Assembly (NCBI GenBank): GCA_021463485.1
Contig: JAJTYJ010000003.1
Coordinates: forward strand, 23,292 to 87,291
Source: a bacterium
GTDB taxonomy: Bacteria; Patescibacteriota; UBA1384; 2-12-FULL-50-11
Reading direction: 5' to 3'
DNA length: 64,000 bases
Position numbers and translations under genes: made by a program. The notes under the pieces are model-generated. The model was not told where the DNA came from, searched no databases, and worked only from the letters and a program-made list of their open reading frames with translations. This document shows, piece after piece, positions 30,485 through 38,878 of this stretch; the stretch's first letter is position 1, and every line of letters starts with the position of its first letter.

Positions 30485-31213
30485 ATGTACTACTACATCC
30501 TTGAATCCCCATCGAGTCGTGCGATCCGTCAGAATTATCAGCGTTTGCGTGATCTGCTGACGAATTTTGGTATCGCCGGCGAAATGGTAACCGCGAGTCC
30601 GGCTCGTACTCCGGCCGAACTTACGAATATGGGGATCTCAAAGGGATATTCGACAATTGTTGCTGTCGGATCAGACGCTCACATTAATCAAATTGCCACC
30701 TCCTTACTCGGAAGAGCGGTGCTGGGAATTATCCCGATCGGCGCCAGCGACGAAATCGTCGAACTAATCGGCAGTGCCGATATTAAAAGCGCCGCTGAGT
30801 CGCTTAAACAACGCAAGATTAGTTTGCAGCCCACGTTGTTCATCGAACCAGATACACTAGTATTTCTAGATGGTGTAATCGAGACACAGCAGCTTTGCAA
30901 AATCACAATCGTTTGTGACAACAAAGTCCGGATCCACGCCTACTTTAATAAACTTCGTGTTAACCGAAATTTAGAGATTGATCTCGAAAGTACTCACACA
31001 ACAGAAGTTAAGCGGTTCTTGGGTATTTTTGGTCCGACCGCGCAAAGCGTTACTTCAAGAAGCCATTTTCACGGAAAAAACGTTCGTATCGTCACAGACC
31101 CGCCGCTAAAACTGACCGTCGCTGGTGAGGCGGTTGCGACCGCTCCACTCCAGTTACGATACGTCCCCGAGTCCTTGAAACTGATTACCAAACGTGGTAC
31201 AGTTCTTGAGTAA
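30485..31213 (+). CDS. Diacylglycerol kinase-family protein (degenerate)
   Basis: IVAVGSDAHI in place of GGDGT; LGIIPIG. Confidence 0.65.
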   Translation: MYYYILESPSSRAIRQNYQRLRDLLTNFGIAGEMVTASPARTPAELTNMGISKGYSTIVAVGSDAHINQIATSLLGRAVLGIIPIGASDEIVELIGSADIKSAAESLKQRKISLQPTLFIEPDTLVFLDGVIETQQLCKITIVCDNKVRIHAYFNKLRVNRNLEIDLESTHTTEVKRFLGIFGPTAQSVTSRSHFHGKNVRIVTDPPLKLTVAGEAVATAPLQLRYVPESLKLITKRGTVLE

Positions 31214-31295
31214 CATGGGTGTCAAGTTTTTACCCAGTGGTAATGTACATTAAACCTCACGAAGTGACGGTAGTTTTGATTGTGGGAGCCTAGCA

Positions 31296-31799
31296 ATAGA
31301 AAAAGAACTTCGAATTAACGAAGAGATAACCGCAGACAAAGTCCACCTGATTATGGAGGACGGACGATCGGCTGGCGACGTCTCGCTCGATCAAGCCCGC
31401 TATCTTGCGGCGCAGTACGATCTAGACCTTGTAGAGATCGCCCCCAAAGCTGTACCTCCGGTCGCGCGTATCCTCGATTACAACAAATACCGTTATCAAC
31501 AAGAGAAACACGCTCGTCAAACTGGTAAGAATACCAAAGGGAACGAGATGAAAGAAGTTAGACTCGGTTTTAAGACCGACGAGCACGATTTAACCACCAA
31601 GGCTAAGCGCGCTAAGCAGTTCCTAGAACAGGGTAACTTCGTTCGTGTCTTCATCACACTCCGCGGTCGTGAGAATATTTTTCCGGACAAAGCTAAGCAA
31701 ACTCTACAGGAGTTTCAACAGCTTGTCGGAGCCACTGCCGAACAACCAATTACCCACATCGGCAATAAAGTCGCCGTTATATTAAAGAATAAGAAATAA
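31296..31799 (+). CDS. infC: Translation initiation factor IF-3, ATA start
   Basis: In-frame ATA at 31296 restores the conserved N-terminus (I)EKELRINEEI; DLVEIAP..PPV; before rpmI-rplT. Confidence 0.9.
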   Translation: MEKELRINEEITADKVHLIMEDGRSAGDVSLDQARYLAAQYDLDLVEIAPKAVPPVARILDYNKYRYQQEKHARQTGKNTKGNEMKEVRLGFKTDEHDLTTKAKRAKQFLEQGNFVRVFITLRGRENIFPDKAKQTLQEFQQLVGATAEQPITHIGNKVAVILKNKK

Positions 31800-31801
31800 A
31801 G

Positions 31802-31996
31802 ATGCCAAAAATTAAATCCCATAAAGCAGTTACTAAACGATTCCGAACCACCGGGTCTGGATTGTTGGTTGGTCGAAAAATGTCGGTCGCACACCGAGCC
31901 AGGTTCAAATCTAAACGGGCCAAGCAAAACGCCGGTAAGACTTTAGTTGTATCAAACGGGCACGCTAAGAAATTACGAAAGGTTGTAGGTAAGTAA
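31802..31996 (+). CDS. rpmI: 50S ribosomal protein L35
   Basis: [14 protein letters not shown]; operon position. Confidence 0.93.
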   Translation: MPKIKSHKAVTKRFRTTGSGLLVGRKMSVAHRARFKSKRAKQNAGKTLVVSNGHAKKLRKVVGK

Positions 31997-31998
31997 AC

Positions 31999-32358
31999 AT
32001 GGCACGCATTAAACGAGGTCTACAAGTAAAGAAACGTCACAAGAAGCTATTACGGCTAACAAAAGGCTATAAACTCGGCCGGAATAATCTCTTCCGACAA
32101 GCGAAACAAGCGCTACTGAAAGCCGGACAGTTTGCGTATCGCGATCGCCGTAATAAAAAGCGAGACTTTCGCAAGCTCTGGATTGTCCAATTAAACGCTG
32201 CAGCTCGAGTTAACGGCCTAAGCTATAGTAAGCTAATCGCTGGGTTAAATAAGGCCGAGATTACTCTCAACAGAAAAGTGTTAGCAGAATTGTCGATTTC
32301 AGCGCCGGAGCAGTTCGCGGCTATCGCCGAAAAGGCAAAAAAAGCGCTTCAGGATTAG
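31999..32358 (+). CDS. rplT: 50S ribosomal protein L20
   Basis: [17 protein letters not shown]. Confidence 0.97.
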   Translation: MARIKRGLQVKKRHKKLLRLTKGYKLGRNNLFRQAKQALLKAGQFAYRDRRNKKRDFRKLWIVQLNAAARVNGLSYSKLIAGLNKAEITLNRKVLAELSISAPEQFAAIAEKAKKALQD

Positions 32359-33125
32359 TTCCTGCGTCGTCGAAAGATAAAGTTCTTAATTACTAAACCG
32401 ACGCTGTTTCGTTCGATGCGCGGTCCGTGCATCTTCCAAAACAAAATATAAACTAAAACAATTAGTGCAAGGTAGACGAGCGCTTCAACACGACCGTTGC
32501 TACCTGCGAAATCTGCTCGAAGGGTTTTAATTAGTAACTCCCCAAGAAACAGCCCTTCAAGTGCCAGAAAGAAAACTACGCCGTCGCTCAAGCGTTTTGT
32601 TAGCCACGTTCGAAAGAGAAGAACTCCAACGATGATCGCCCAAATCGCGCTGAAAATATCGATCGGAAATACTCCGTTGACTGCCAAAAAGCTGTCAGTC
32701 GGTCGCCCGATCGAACAGGTTGAGAGAAAACAACCAAACTTACCGACTGCCCAAGCAGCGAGCAAACCGAGCGCTGCGATGTCGAGAGACTGCCATACCG
32801 AATCTTTCTCCTTACGAATAAAATAAAGATACGTCAGAAATCCGACGATAATCCCACCGAGTGCGACAAGCCCCCCTTGCCAGAAGTACAATACCTGCCA
32901 AAAGTTCTGGAACTGATTAGAATAAATAAAGTAATACGTCAATCGGGCGCCGATCAACGAGAATAGTAGAGTATAAAGTATGGTGTCAAAAAGGTGGTGC
33001 GTTTTTAGCTTTCGATATTTGGAAGCGCGAAATATTAGTACTCCGCCGATAATCGTGCCAAGGGCAATAAAGGTGCCGAATGAGTAGAACTTGAATCGAC
33101 CGATCTCGAATAGGATTGGGAGCAT
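32355..33125 (-). CDS. lgt: Prolipoprotein diacylglyceryl transferase-like
   Basis: PILFEIG..YSFG, GARL, WQGGL..GG, GKFGCF (divergent). Confidence 0.7.
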   Translation of the reverse strand: MLPILFEIGRFKFYSFGTFIALGTIIGGVLIFRASKYRKLKTHHLFDTILYTLLFSLIGARLTYYFIYSNQFQNFWQVLYFWQGGLVALGGIIVGFLTYLYFIRKEKDSVWQSLDIAALGLLAAWAVGKFGCFLSTCSIGRPTDSFLAVNGVFPIDIFSAIWAIIVGVLLFRTWLTKRLSDGVVFFLALEGLFLGELLIKTLRADFAGSNGRVEALVYLALIVLVYILFWKMHGPRIERNSVGLVIKNFIFRRRRN

Positions 33126-33210
33126 TACCTTGACAGTATTGCCGATTCTCACCCGCTGGTCAAACAATTTACTCGAGAATTCTAGAAAATACAGGTATAC
33201 TTTTGACCAA

Positions 33211-33282
33211 GCGCGGTTAGCTCAGCGGCAGAGCATTACCTTCACACGGTAGGGGTCAGTGGTTCAAATCCACTACCGCGCA
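33211..33282 (+). tRNA. tRNA-Val(CAC)
   Basis: GCGCGGT/ACCGCGC; TTACC-TTCACAC-GGTAG. Confidence 0.93.
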
Positions 33283-33322
33283 CAATGGTAATACAAATAA
33301 TTTCCGGTACAATTTTTCAGTA

Positions 33323-33862
33323 ATGTCACGATACTCATCGGTATTTGAAGTTTTTCGAGTGATCGCCATCGTTTTTATCTCGGCGGTTATTATTCGCTAC
33401 TTTCTGTTTCAGCCGTTTATCGTTGAAGGATCGAGCATGGAACCAAACTATCACAACAGCGAGTATCTATTTATCGAGAAAGTCTCGTATCGTTTTCGTG
33501 AACCGAAGCGCGGTGAAGTTGTGGTATTCCGGTACCCAAATAACCCGAGCATCAACTACATTAAAAGAATTATCGGAGTACCAGGCGATACTGTTCGAAT
33601 TGAAAACGGGGTCGTTTCCGTTAACGGAAAACAACTTTCTGAAGAATATCTAGAAGAAGGTACAAAAACGATCGTCAATCGATCACCGGATTTGCCGTAT
33701 GAAGTAACGATCCCGAACCATAAATATTTCGTGATGGGCGATAATCGTTCGCACTCGTCAGATTCGCGTGATGGTTGGTTGGTTGATCGTCAGATGATCA
33801 TCGGGCGATCAGCGGCGACGCTTTACACTAATTCTTCGTCTCAATCTCCAGTTACGTTTTAA
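33323..33862 (+). CDS. lepB: Signal peptidase I
   Basis: GSSMEP, YIKRIIG, GDNR..SSDSR. Confidence 0.95.
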   Translation: MSRYSSVFEVFRVIAIVFISAVIIRYFLFQPFIVEGSSMEPNYHNSEYLFIEKVSYRFREPKRGEVVVFRYPNNPSINYIKRIIGVPGDTVRIENGVVSVNGKQLSEEYLEEGTKTIVNRSPDLPYEVTIPNHKYFVMGDNRSHSSDSRDGWLVDRQMIIGRSAATLYTNSSSQSPVTF

Positions 33863-34896
33863 CGCGGAGTGTGCGTTTGAATCCAGTCTAATATTTGGTT
33901 TATCCCGTCTTTTTTAATAGCTGAGATCGCTACTTGGTCGAAACGAGAGAGGTGTCGGTGGGTTTGTACGTTCGGATTTTCTAATAGATCGGTCTTGTTG
34001 AAGACGACCAGAACTGGTTTACCGAGCTCTTTAGCGTAATAAATTAAATGGAGGTCGCCTCTAGTACTGCCGGCAGTTGAGTCGAGCACAGCAATCACGA
34101 TATCGGCTTGAGTTATTGCTGTTAGTGTTCGTTTAACGCTAAACGCCTCGGGTCCGCGATCAATTTTGCCGCGCCGACGAACTCCGGCGGTATCGGCGAG
34201 AACGTACTCTTGAGCGCCGATCGTTACTTTTTCAGTGACGATATCTCGGGTTGTACCGGCAAGCGGACTAACTACCGCCCGTTGAGTGTTTGTTAATGCG
34301 TTTAATAGTGTAGATTTCCCGACGTTCGGTCTTCCAACTAACGCGATAACTGGCTGTGTGTGGGACGGGATTCTTACGTTTGGTAAATAATGACAAATTG
34401 CTTCTAGTAGATCGCCGGTCCCGCGTCCGCTACTGGCTGAAACTTCATAGTACGGCAGACCGATATCCGATAATCGCTCGAGCTTATGAAGTCTGTCGAT
34501 CGAATCGACTTTATTCGCTACCAGCCAAACGGTTCGCTTTCCTCGGAGTTGGTTAAGGAAGTTCTTATTTCGATCGTGAAGACCGGTTGCGGCGTCGTAC
34601 ACAAAAAGCACTAAATCTGCTTCTTCAGTTGCCTTTTGCATCTGTTCAAAAATCTGTGGCGTCAGCTCAGAATCGTCGTCAACTAAGCCGCCGGTGTCGA
34701 CCAAACTAAAGTACTGTCCTTGCCACTCTACCTCGCCGTACACCCTGTCTCGGGTTGTCGATTCCTCTTTGGCAGTAACAGCTTGCCATGAACCTGTTAA
34801 TCGATTAAAAAGTGAAGATTTTCCGGCGTTTGTTGGTCCGATTAGCGCTACGAGCGGCAAGACCGAGTGATCAGTTGTTGTTGAAAGGTTTTCCAT
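33859..34896 (-). CDS. der: Ribosome biogenesis GTPase Der, lacking C-terminal KH-like domain
   Basis: Two G domains (GPTNAGKS/DTGG/NKVD; GRPNVGKS/DTAG/NKTD). Confidence 0.88.
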   Translation of the reverse strand: MENLSTTTDHSVLPLVALIGPTNAGKSSLFNRLTGSWQAVTAKEESTTRDRVYGEVEWQGQYFSLVDTGGLVDDDSELTPQIFEQMQKATEEADLVLFVYDAATGLHDRNKNFLNQLRGKRTVWLVANKVDSIDRLHKLERLSDIGLPYYEVSASSGRGTGDLLEAICHYLPNVRIPSHTQPVIALVGRPNVGKSTLLNALTNTQRAVVSPLAGTTRDIVTEKVTIGAQEYVLADTAGVRRRGKIDRGPEAFSVKRTLTAITQADIVIAVLDSTAGSTRGDLHLIYYAKELGKPVLVVFNKTDLLENPNVQTHRHLSRFDQVAISAIKKDGINQILDWIQTHTPR

Positions 34897-34909
34897 TAGA
34901 ATGCAGGTG

Positions 34910-36583
34910 ATGTTATATGCAGAGGTAATCGTGGCGACTCGAACTAACACACAAGAACTTACCTACGCTGTTAGTGCTCAAATTGTACCTTATATAAGGT
35001 TGGGTAGTCTAGTTACCGTACCGCTCCGGCGCAAAACCGTACGCGGTGTTGTGGTTCGATTGCGTCAAAGCGTTCCAATTCAAATTAAATCGAAACTTCG
35101 TGAGATTCTTAATATTGATCGTAGCGGAATGATCGCTCCAGCATCAATTAAAGTTATGCAATCACTCTCAGAGCACTACGGAGCGAGTTTGGCAGAGGTT
35201 GCCTACCACCTATTAAGAGAAACAACGCCGTCGGCAAGTAGCGGTTCTGTTGGCCAAAACAATGACCCGATCTACGTCCAAGCAGCGTGGCTGCAGCGTC
35301 AAGAACAATATATGTCGTTGGTTAAAGCGTTTCCGGGGAGAGTGCTTTTACTTTTTTCACAACAAGAATACCTTGCTTCGTTTGAGCGTTCGTTATTACA
35401 AACTCCAGCGCTGCGAAGACGGTGCTTGTTAAAAACCTTATCTGGCGCTTTCTCCCAGTTACCACTAGGCTCGATGATTATCGTCGACCAACCGTATCAC
35501 ATTGGTGGAAAGTCGATGCGTCGACCGTTTATGACTACAAAATCGATCGCTGAAACTCGAGCGCAGTACGAGGGGCATCAACTTGTACTAGGTAACGGAG
35601 TGCTCGGGTTCGAAGAGATAATAAATGTGAGCGAGAAAAAAGCAGAACTTGTTTCTATCTCGCCGCCGTCCGTATCGTTTGTAGTCACTAAACAAACTAC
35701 GCGTCAGGGTATCGGCGAGACGACGATTAACCAAATTAACGAGGTGTTATCTGAGCAAAAAAATGTCGCTGTCATTACCCCATCTGGGAGTTGGGCACCG
35801 GCGTTCTTTTGCTCAGATTGCCAAAGCACACTTCAATGTCCGCGCTGCGCGCGGCCGATCGGGCTAATTTCACCTACAACTCACCAGTGTCAGTATTGCG
35901 GTTATACACAACAGCGATTAGCCGTCTGCCCGAGTTGCCAGAGCGAGAATCTAGTCGAAGTCGGCGTTGGGGTTCGACAGCTGCAAGCGTTTATTAAAAA
36001 GCACATCCCGAAGTCGGTGGTTGTTGAGTTAGGCGATAAAGACCTAGATAACAGCGGTAAAATACTCGTCACTAATGAAAAGTTTTTCAGCAACCCCATT
36101 CATCGGTTTGGCTTAGTTGTATTAGTCGGTTGGGATCGATTAGTTTCCGGCGTTTTTCCTGACGGCAACTGGCGTCTACTTAACACTATCATCGAGATTC
36201 AAGGCCAAGTACCGTCGATTGTGGTTGAGACACTCTACCCTGAACACTACTGCTGGGGGAACGTTACAGCCAAAAAACTACGTCGTTTTTTTGAAGAAGA
36301 GCTGAAAGAGCGACGACGCTTATCGCTCCCGCCGTACGGGCAGATTATCGAGGTTGTCGGTCGCGGTTCGATTCGTACGCTAGAGCATCAACAGGAAGAA
36401 TTACTACAAAAACTTGAGTCAAAAGGATACACTGTCTTACCAAAATCCTCGCTCGTTCGCGGCAGAAGTTACGAACTATCATTATCTGTCTTTTCTTCAA
36501 AAAAGTTTTCAACCAAACAGAAGCAACAGATCCGTGAGCAGCTACCGCCAAGTTGGCATTTAGATGTCGACATTGCGAGTTAG
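34910..36583 (+). CDS. priA: PriA-like protein with degenerate helicase core
   Basis: 3'-DNA-binding N-terminus (LTY..V.VPL); four CxxC motifs; ERRRLSLPPY; no Walker A or DExH. Confidence 0.75.
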   Translation: MLYAEVIVATRTNTQELTYAVSAQIVPYIRLGSLVTVPLRRKTVRGVVVRLRQSVPIQIKSKLREILNIDRSGMIAPASIKVMQSLSEHYGASLAEVAYHLLRETTPSASSGSVGQNNDPIYVQAAWLQRQEQYMSLVKAFPGRVLLLFSQQEYLASFERSLLQTPALRRRCLLKTLSGAFSQLPLGSMIIVDQPYHIGGKSMRRPFMTTKSIAETRAQYEGHQLVLGNGVLGFEEIINVSEKKAELVSISPPSVSFVVTKQTTRQGIGETTINQINEVLSEQKNVAVITPSGSWAPAFFCSDCQSTLQCPRCARPIGLISPTTHQCQYCGYTQQRLAVCPSCQSENLVEVGVGVRQLQAFIKKHIPKSVVVELGDKDLDNSGKILVTNEKFFSNPIHRFGLVVLVGWDRLVSGVFPDGNWRLLNTIIEIQGQVPSIVVETLYPEHYCWGNVTAKKLRRFFEEELKERRRLSLPPYGQIIEVVGRGSIRTLEHQQEELLQKLESKGYTVLPKSSLVRGRSYELSLSVFSSKKFSTKQKQQIREQLPPSWHLDVDIAS

Positions 36584-36686
36584 CGCAGGCTAGCTAACGA
36601 TCACTAGCCTAGATTCTGAACAACTTGTTGTGAAAAACGAGCCCTAGCGCTCGATTATCTCCTCCTGTTAGAGTAAAATTACTCCT

Positions 36687-38042
36687 ATGGATGTTCGAAT
36701 AATTTACGAACCGATCTTACGCCAAGTGATGAAGCCGGTCACGGTTTTTGACGAGCGATTAAAAAAAGAAGCCGACGAGATGGTCGCTACGATGCATCGC
36801 CAAAACGGTATCGGATTAGCGGCTAATCAAGTTGGCTTAGATAAGCAACTAATTGTTCTCGAATTCACGCCGCAAAAGGACGATGAGACACCAGCCATTC
36901 CTCGAACGCAGCTCTGCAACCCTAAAATTGTTAAAAGCTCGAGCGAAACAGAAGTTATGACTGAGGGCTGCTTGTCGTTGCCTGGTCTTGAATTACCTGT
37001 TCGTCGCAGTCTCGCAGTCGTGGTTGAGGCGCAAAATCTTCGAGGGGAAAAAGTAACAATTAAAGCCAAGGGACTATTTGCTCGAGTGCTTCAGCACGAG
37101 ATCGACCATCTTAACGGGGTTCTTTTTACTGATCGGACTGAAAAAACCAACACTATAAAGCCGTATACGTTCGCTAAAGTAGTATTTTTTGGCAGCGACG
37201 ATTTTAGCCTACCAGTTCTTAGAAGCGTTATTGAAACTGGCTACCAAGTGGTGGCTGTTTTCTGTGAGTCTGACAAACGTGGCGGGCGTGGGGATAATCG
37301 TATCATCTCACTAGTTAAAACGTTCGCCGAGCAACACAGCATTGCTGTATTTAGCCCTGAAACTAAAGAAGAGATCGCGCCGCTGCTTGCACAGATTAAA
37401 CCTGATCTCTTGGTATTGGCGTCCTATGGAAAGATCCTACCCGAGGAGGCATTGCGTCAACCGGTTTTCGGTTGTCTAAATGTTCACCCATCGCTATTAC
37501 CAAAATACCGCGGCGCAACACCGATTCAATCCGCCATATTAAACGGAGAAACCGAAACTGGCGTAACGATTATGTCGATGGCTAAATCTGTCGATGCCGG
37601 TGGAGTTATTGCGCAGCGAACAGCCCCGATCCTACCGAGCGATACTACGCCAGTACTCAGGGAGAAGCTGGCTGAACTTGGATCTCAACTACTAGTTGAA
37701 TTATTGCCAAAGTATTTAAGCGGTCAGGCAAAAATTATCGCTCAAGACGATGCACTGGCTACGCAGACAACCAAACTTTCTAAAGAGCTTGGTCGAATAA
37801 ATTGGGACGAACCAGCTGAACTGATTGTTAGAAAAATTAGAGCATTCTTGCCCTGGCCAGGAACGTATACGACGTTGAACGGGAAGCGCTTCATTATTCT
37901 TGAAGCAACGGTGAAGGATAGTACTGTGTTACCAATACGGGTACAGCTAGAGGGTAAAACCGCCGTGAATTGGGAGGATTTCTTGCGTGGATACCAAAGC
38001 CAATTGACTCGAGAACCCTGGTACGGTAAAATTTATCGGTAA
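36687..38042 (+). CDS. def-fmt: Fused peptide deformylase / methionyl-tRNA formyltransferase
   Basis: GIGLAANQVG, EGCLS, QHEIDH, then FFGS, NVHPSLLPKYRGATPIQ. Confidence 0.92.
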   Translation: MDVRIIYEPILRQVMKPVTVFDERLKKEADEMVATMHRQNGIGLAANQVGLDKQLIVLEFTPQKDDETPAIPRTQLCNPKIVKSSSETEVMTEGCLSLPGLELPVRRSLAVVVEAQNLRGEKVTIKAKGLFARVLQHEIDHLNGVLFTDRTEKTNTIKPYTFAKVVFFGSDDFSLPVLRSVIETGYQVVAVFCESDKRGGRGDNRIISLVKTFAEQHSIAVFSPETKEEIAPLLAQIKPDLLVLASYGKILPEEALRQPVFGCLNVHPSLLPKYRGATPIQSAILNGETETGVTIMSMAKSVDAGGVIAQRTAPILPSDTTPVLREKLAELGSQLLVELLPKYLSGQAKIIAQDDALATQTTKLSKELGRINWDEPAELIVRKIRAFLPWPGTYTTLNGKRFIILEATVKDSTVLPIRVQLEGKTAVNWEDFLRGYQSQLTREPWYGKIYR

Positions 38043-38458
38043 TGTTAGTTATTCGTTTACGCCGCGTCGGCAAAAAAAACAAACCAACGTATCGAATTGT
38101 TGTTGCAGAACACTCTTTTCCGGTTGACGGCAAATTTACTGCTGATTTAGGGTTTTATAACCCACACACCAAGGCAGTGGGCCTAAAAAAGGAAGAAGCG
38201 GTTGACTGGATGAATAAAGGCGCTCAGCCTTCTAATACTGTTGCCAAAATTCTCGAAAAGGAAAAAGTTAAGCACGGTTCCGTTGTTGTAATAAAAAAGA
38301 AGAAGCAACCAAAAAAGGCGACCGAACCGAAAGAACCAAAAACTGCTGAACATTCAGCTCCAGAAGAAGCTGCTGAAGTTACCCCAACGACTGAGCCAAC
38401 AACAGAAGTGGCTGAAGGTACTCCAGCAAGCGAAGACTCGAGCGATACTCAAGCCTAA
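38042..38458 (+). CDS. rpsP: 30S ribosomal protein S16 with acidic extension
   Basis: MLVIRLRRVGKKNKPTYRIVV, GAQPS. Confidence 0.96.
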   Translation: MLVIRLRRVGKKNKPTYRIVVAEHSFPVDGKFTADLGFYNPHTKAVGLKKEEAVDWMNKGAQPSNTVAKILEKEKVKHGSVVVIKKKKQPKKATEPKEPKTAEHSAPEEAAEVTPTTEPTTEVAEGTPASEDSSDTQA

Positions 38459-38506
38459 CTGCTGGGCAGCGGCTTAACGCGCTGCTAAACTAAAATCAGG
38501 AGGGAA

Positions 38507-38878
38507 GTGGTAACAGGATTTTTTCGGTGGTGGTATAGCGAAGGAATTGTTCAAAGCGGACAGATTGTCTTGTACGCCGTTAATCGGATTACTGATTTCT
38601 TTTCGTTACCGATACTTATTAAAACTTGGACTGCGCCGTGGAAAGACGATCGTCTCGCGGCCGACAACGCCTCGCTTTCTGATCAAGTAAAGATACTCGA
38701 ATTAAATTTTGCCAGTCGAGTCGTCGGATTTTTAGTACGAACTGTTGTAATCGCGGTGGTTCTATTAATTTTAGCGGTACTTATAATACTGGCTGTAGTT
38801 GGCTTGGCGATTTGGATTTTAGTTCCGTTTGCCTGGCTATTACTACCAACAGTAGCAGTGATTGTGAGTTATCAATGA
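38507..38878 (+). CDS. Uncharacterised membrane protein coupled to the Clp-like ATPase
   Basis: WWY..FFS..L.KTW.APW, C-terminal TMs; ATGA overlap with the next gene. Confidence 0.7.
   Translation: MVTGFFRWWYSEGIVQSGQIVLYAVNRITDFFSLPILIKTWTAPWKDDRLAADNASLSDQVKILELNFASRVVGFLVRTVVIAVVLLILAVLIILAVVGLAIWILVPFAWLLLPTVAVIVSYQ

Noticed and set aside
36584-36655. CTAG-rich small hairpins between priA and def-fmt
   Set aside because: Stems are short and match no known motif; cannot be distinguished from chance.
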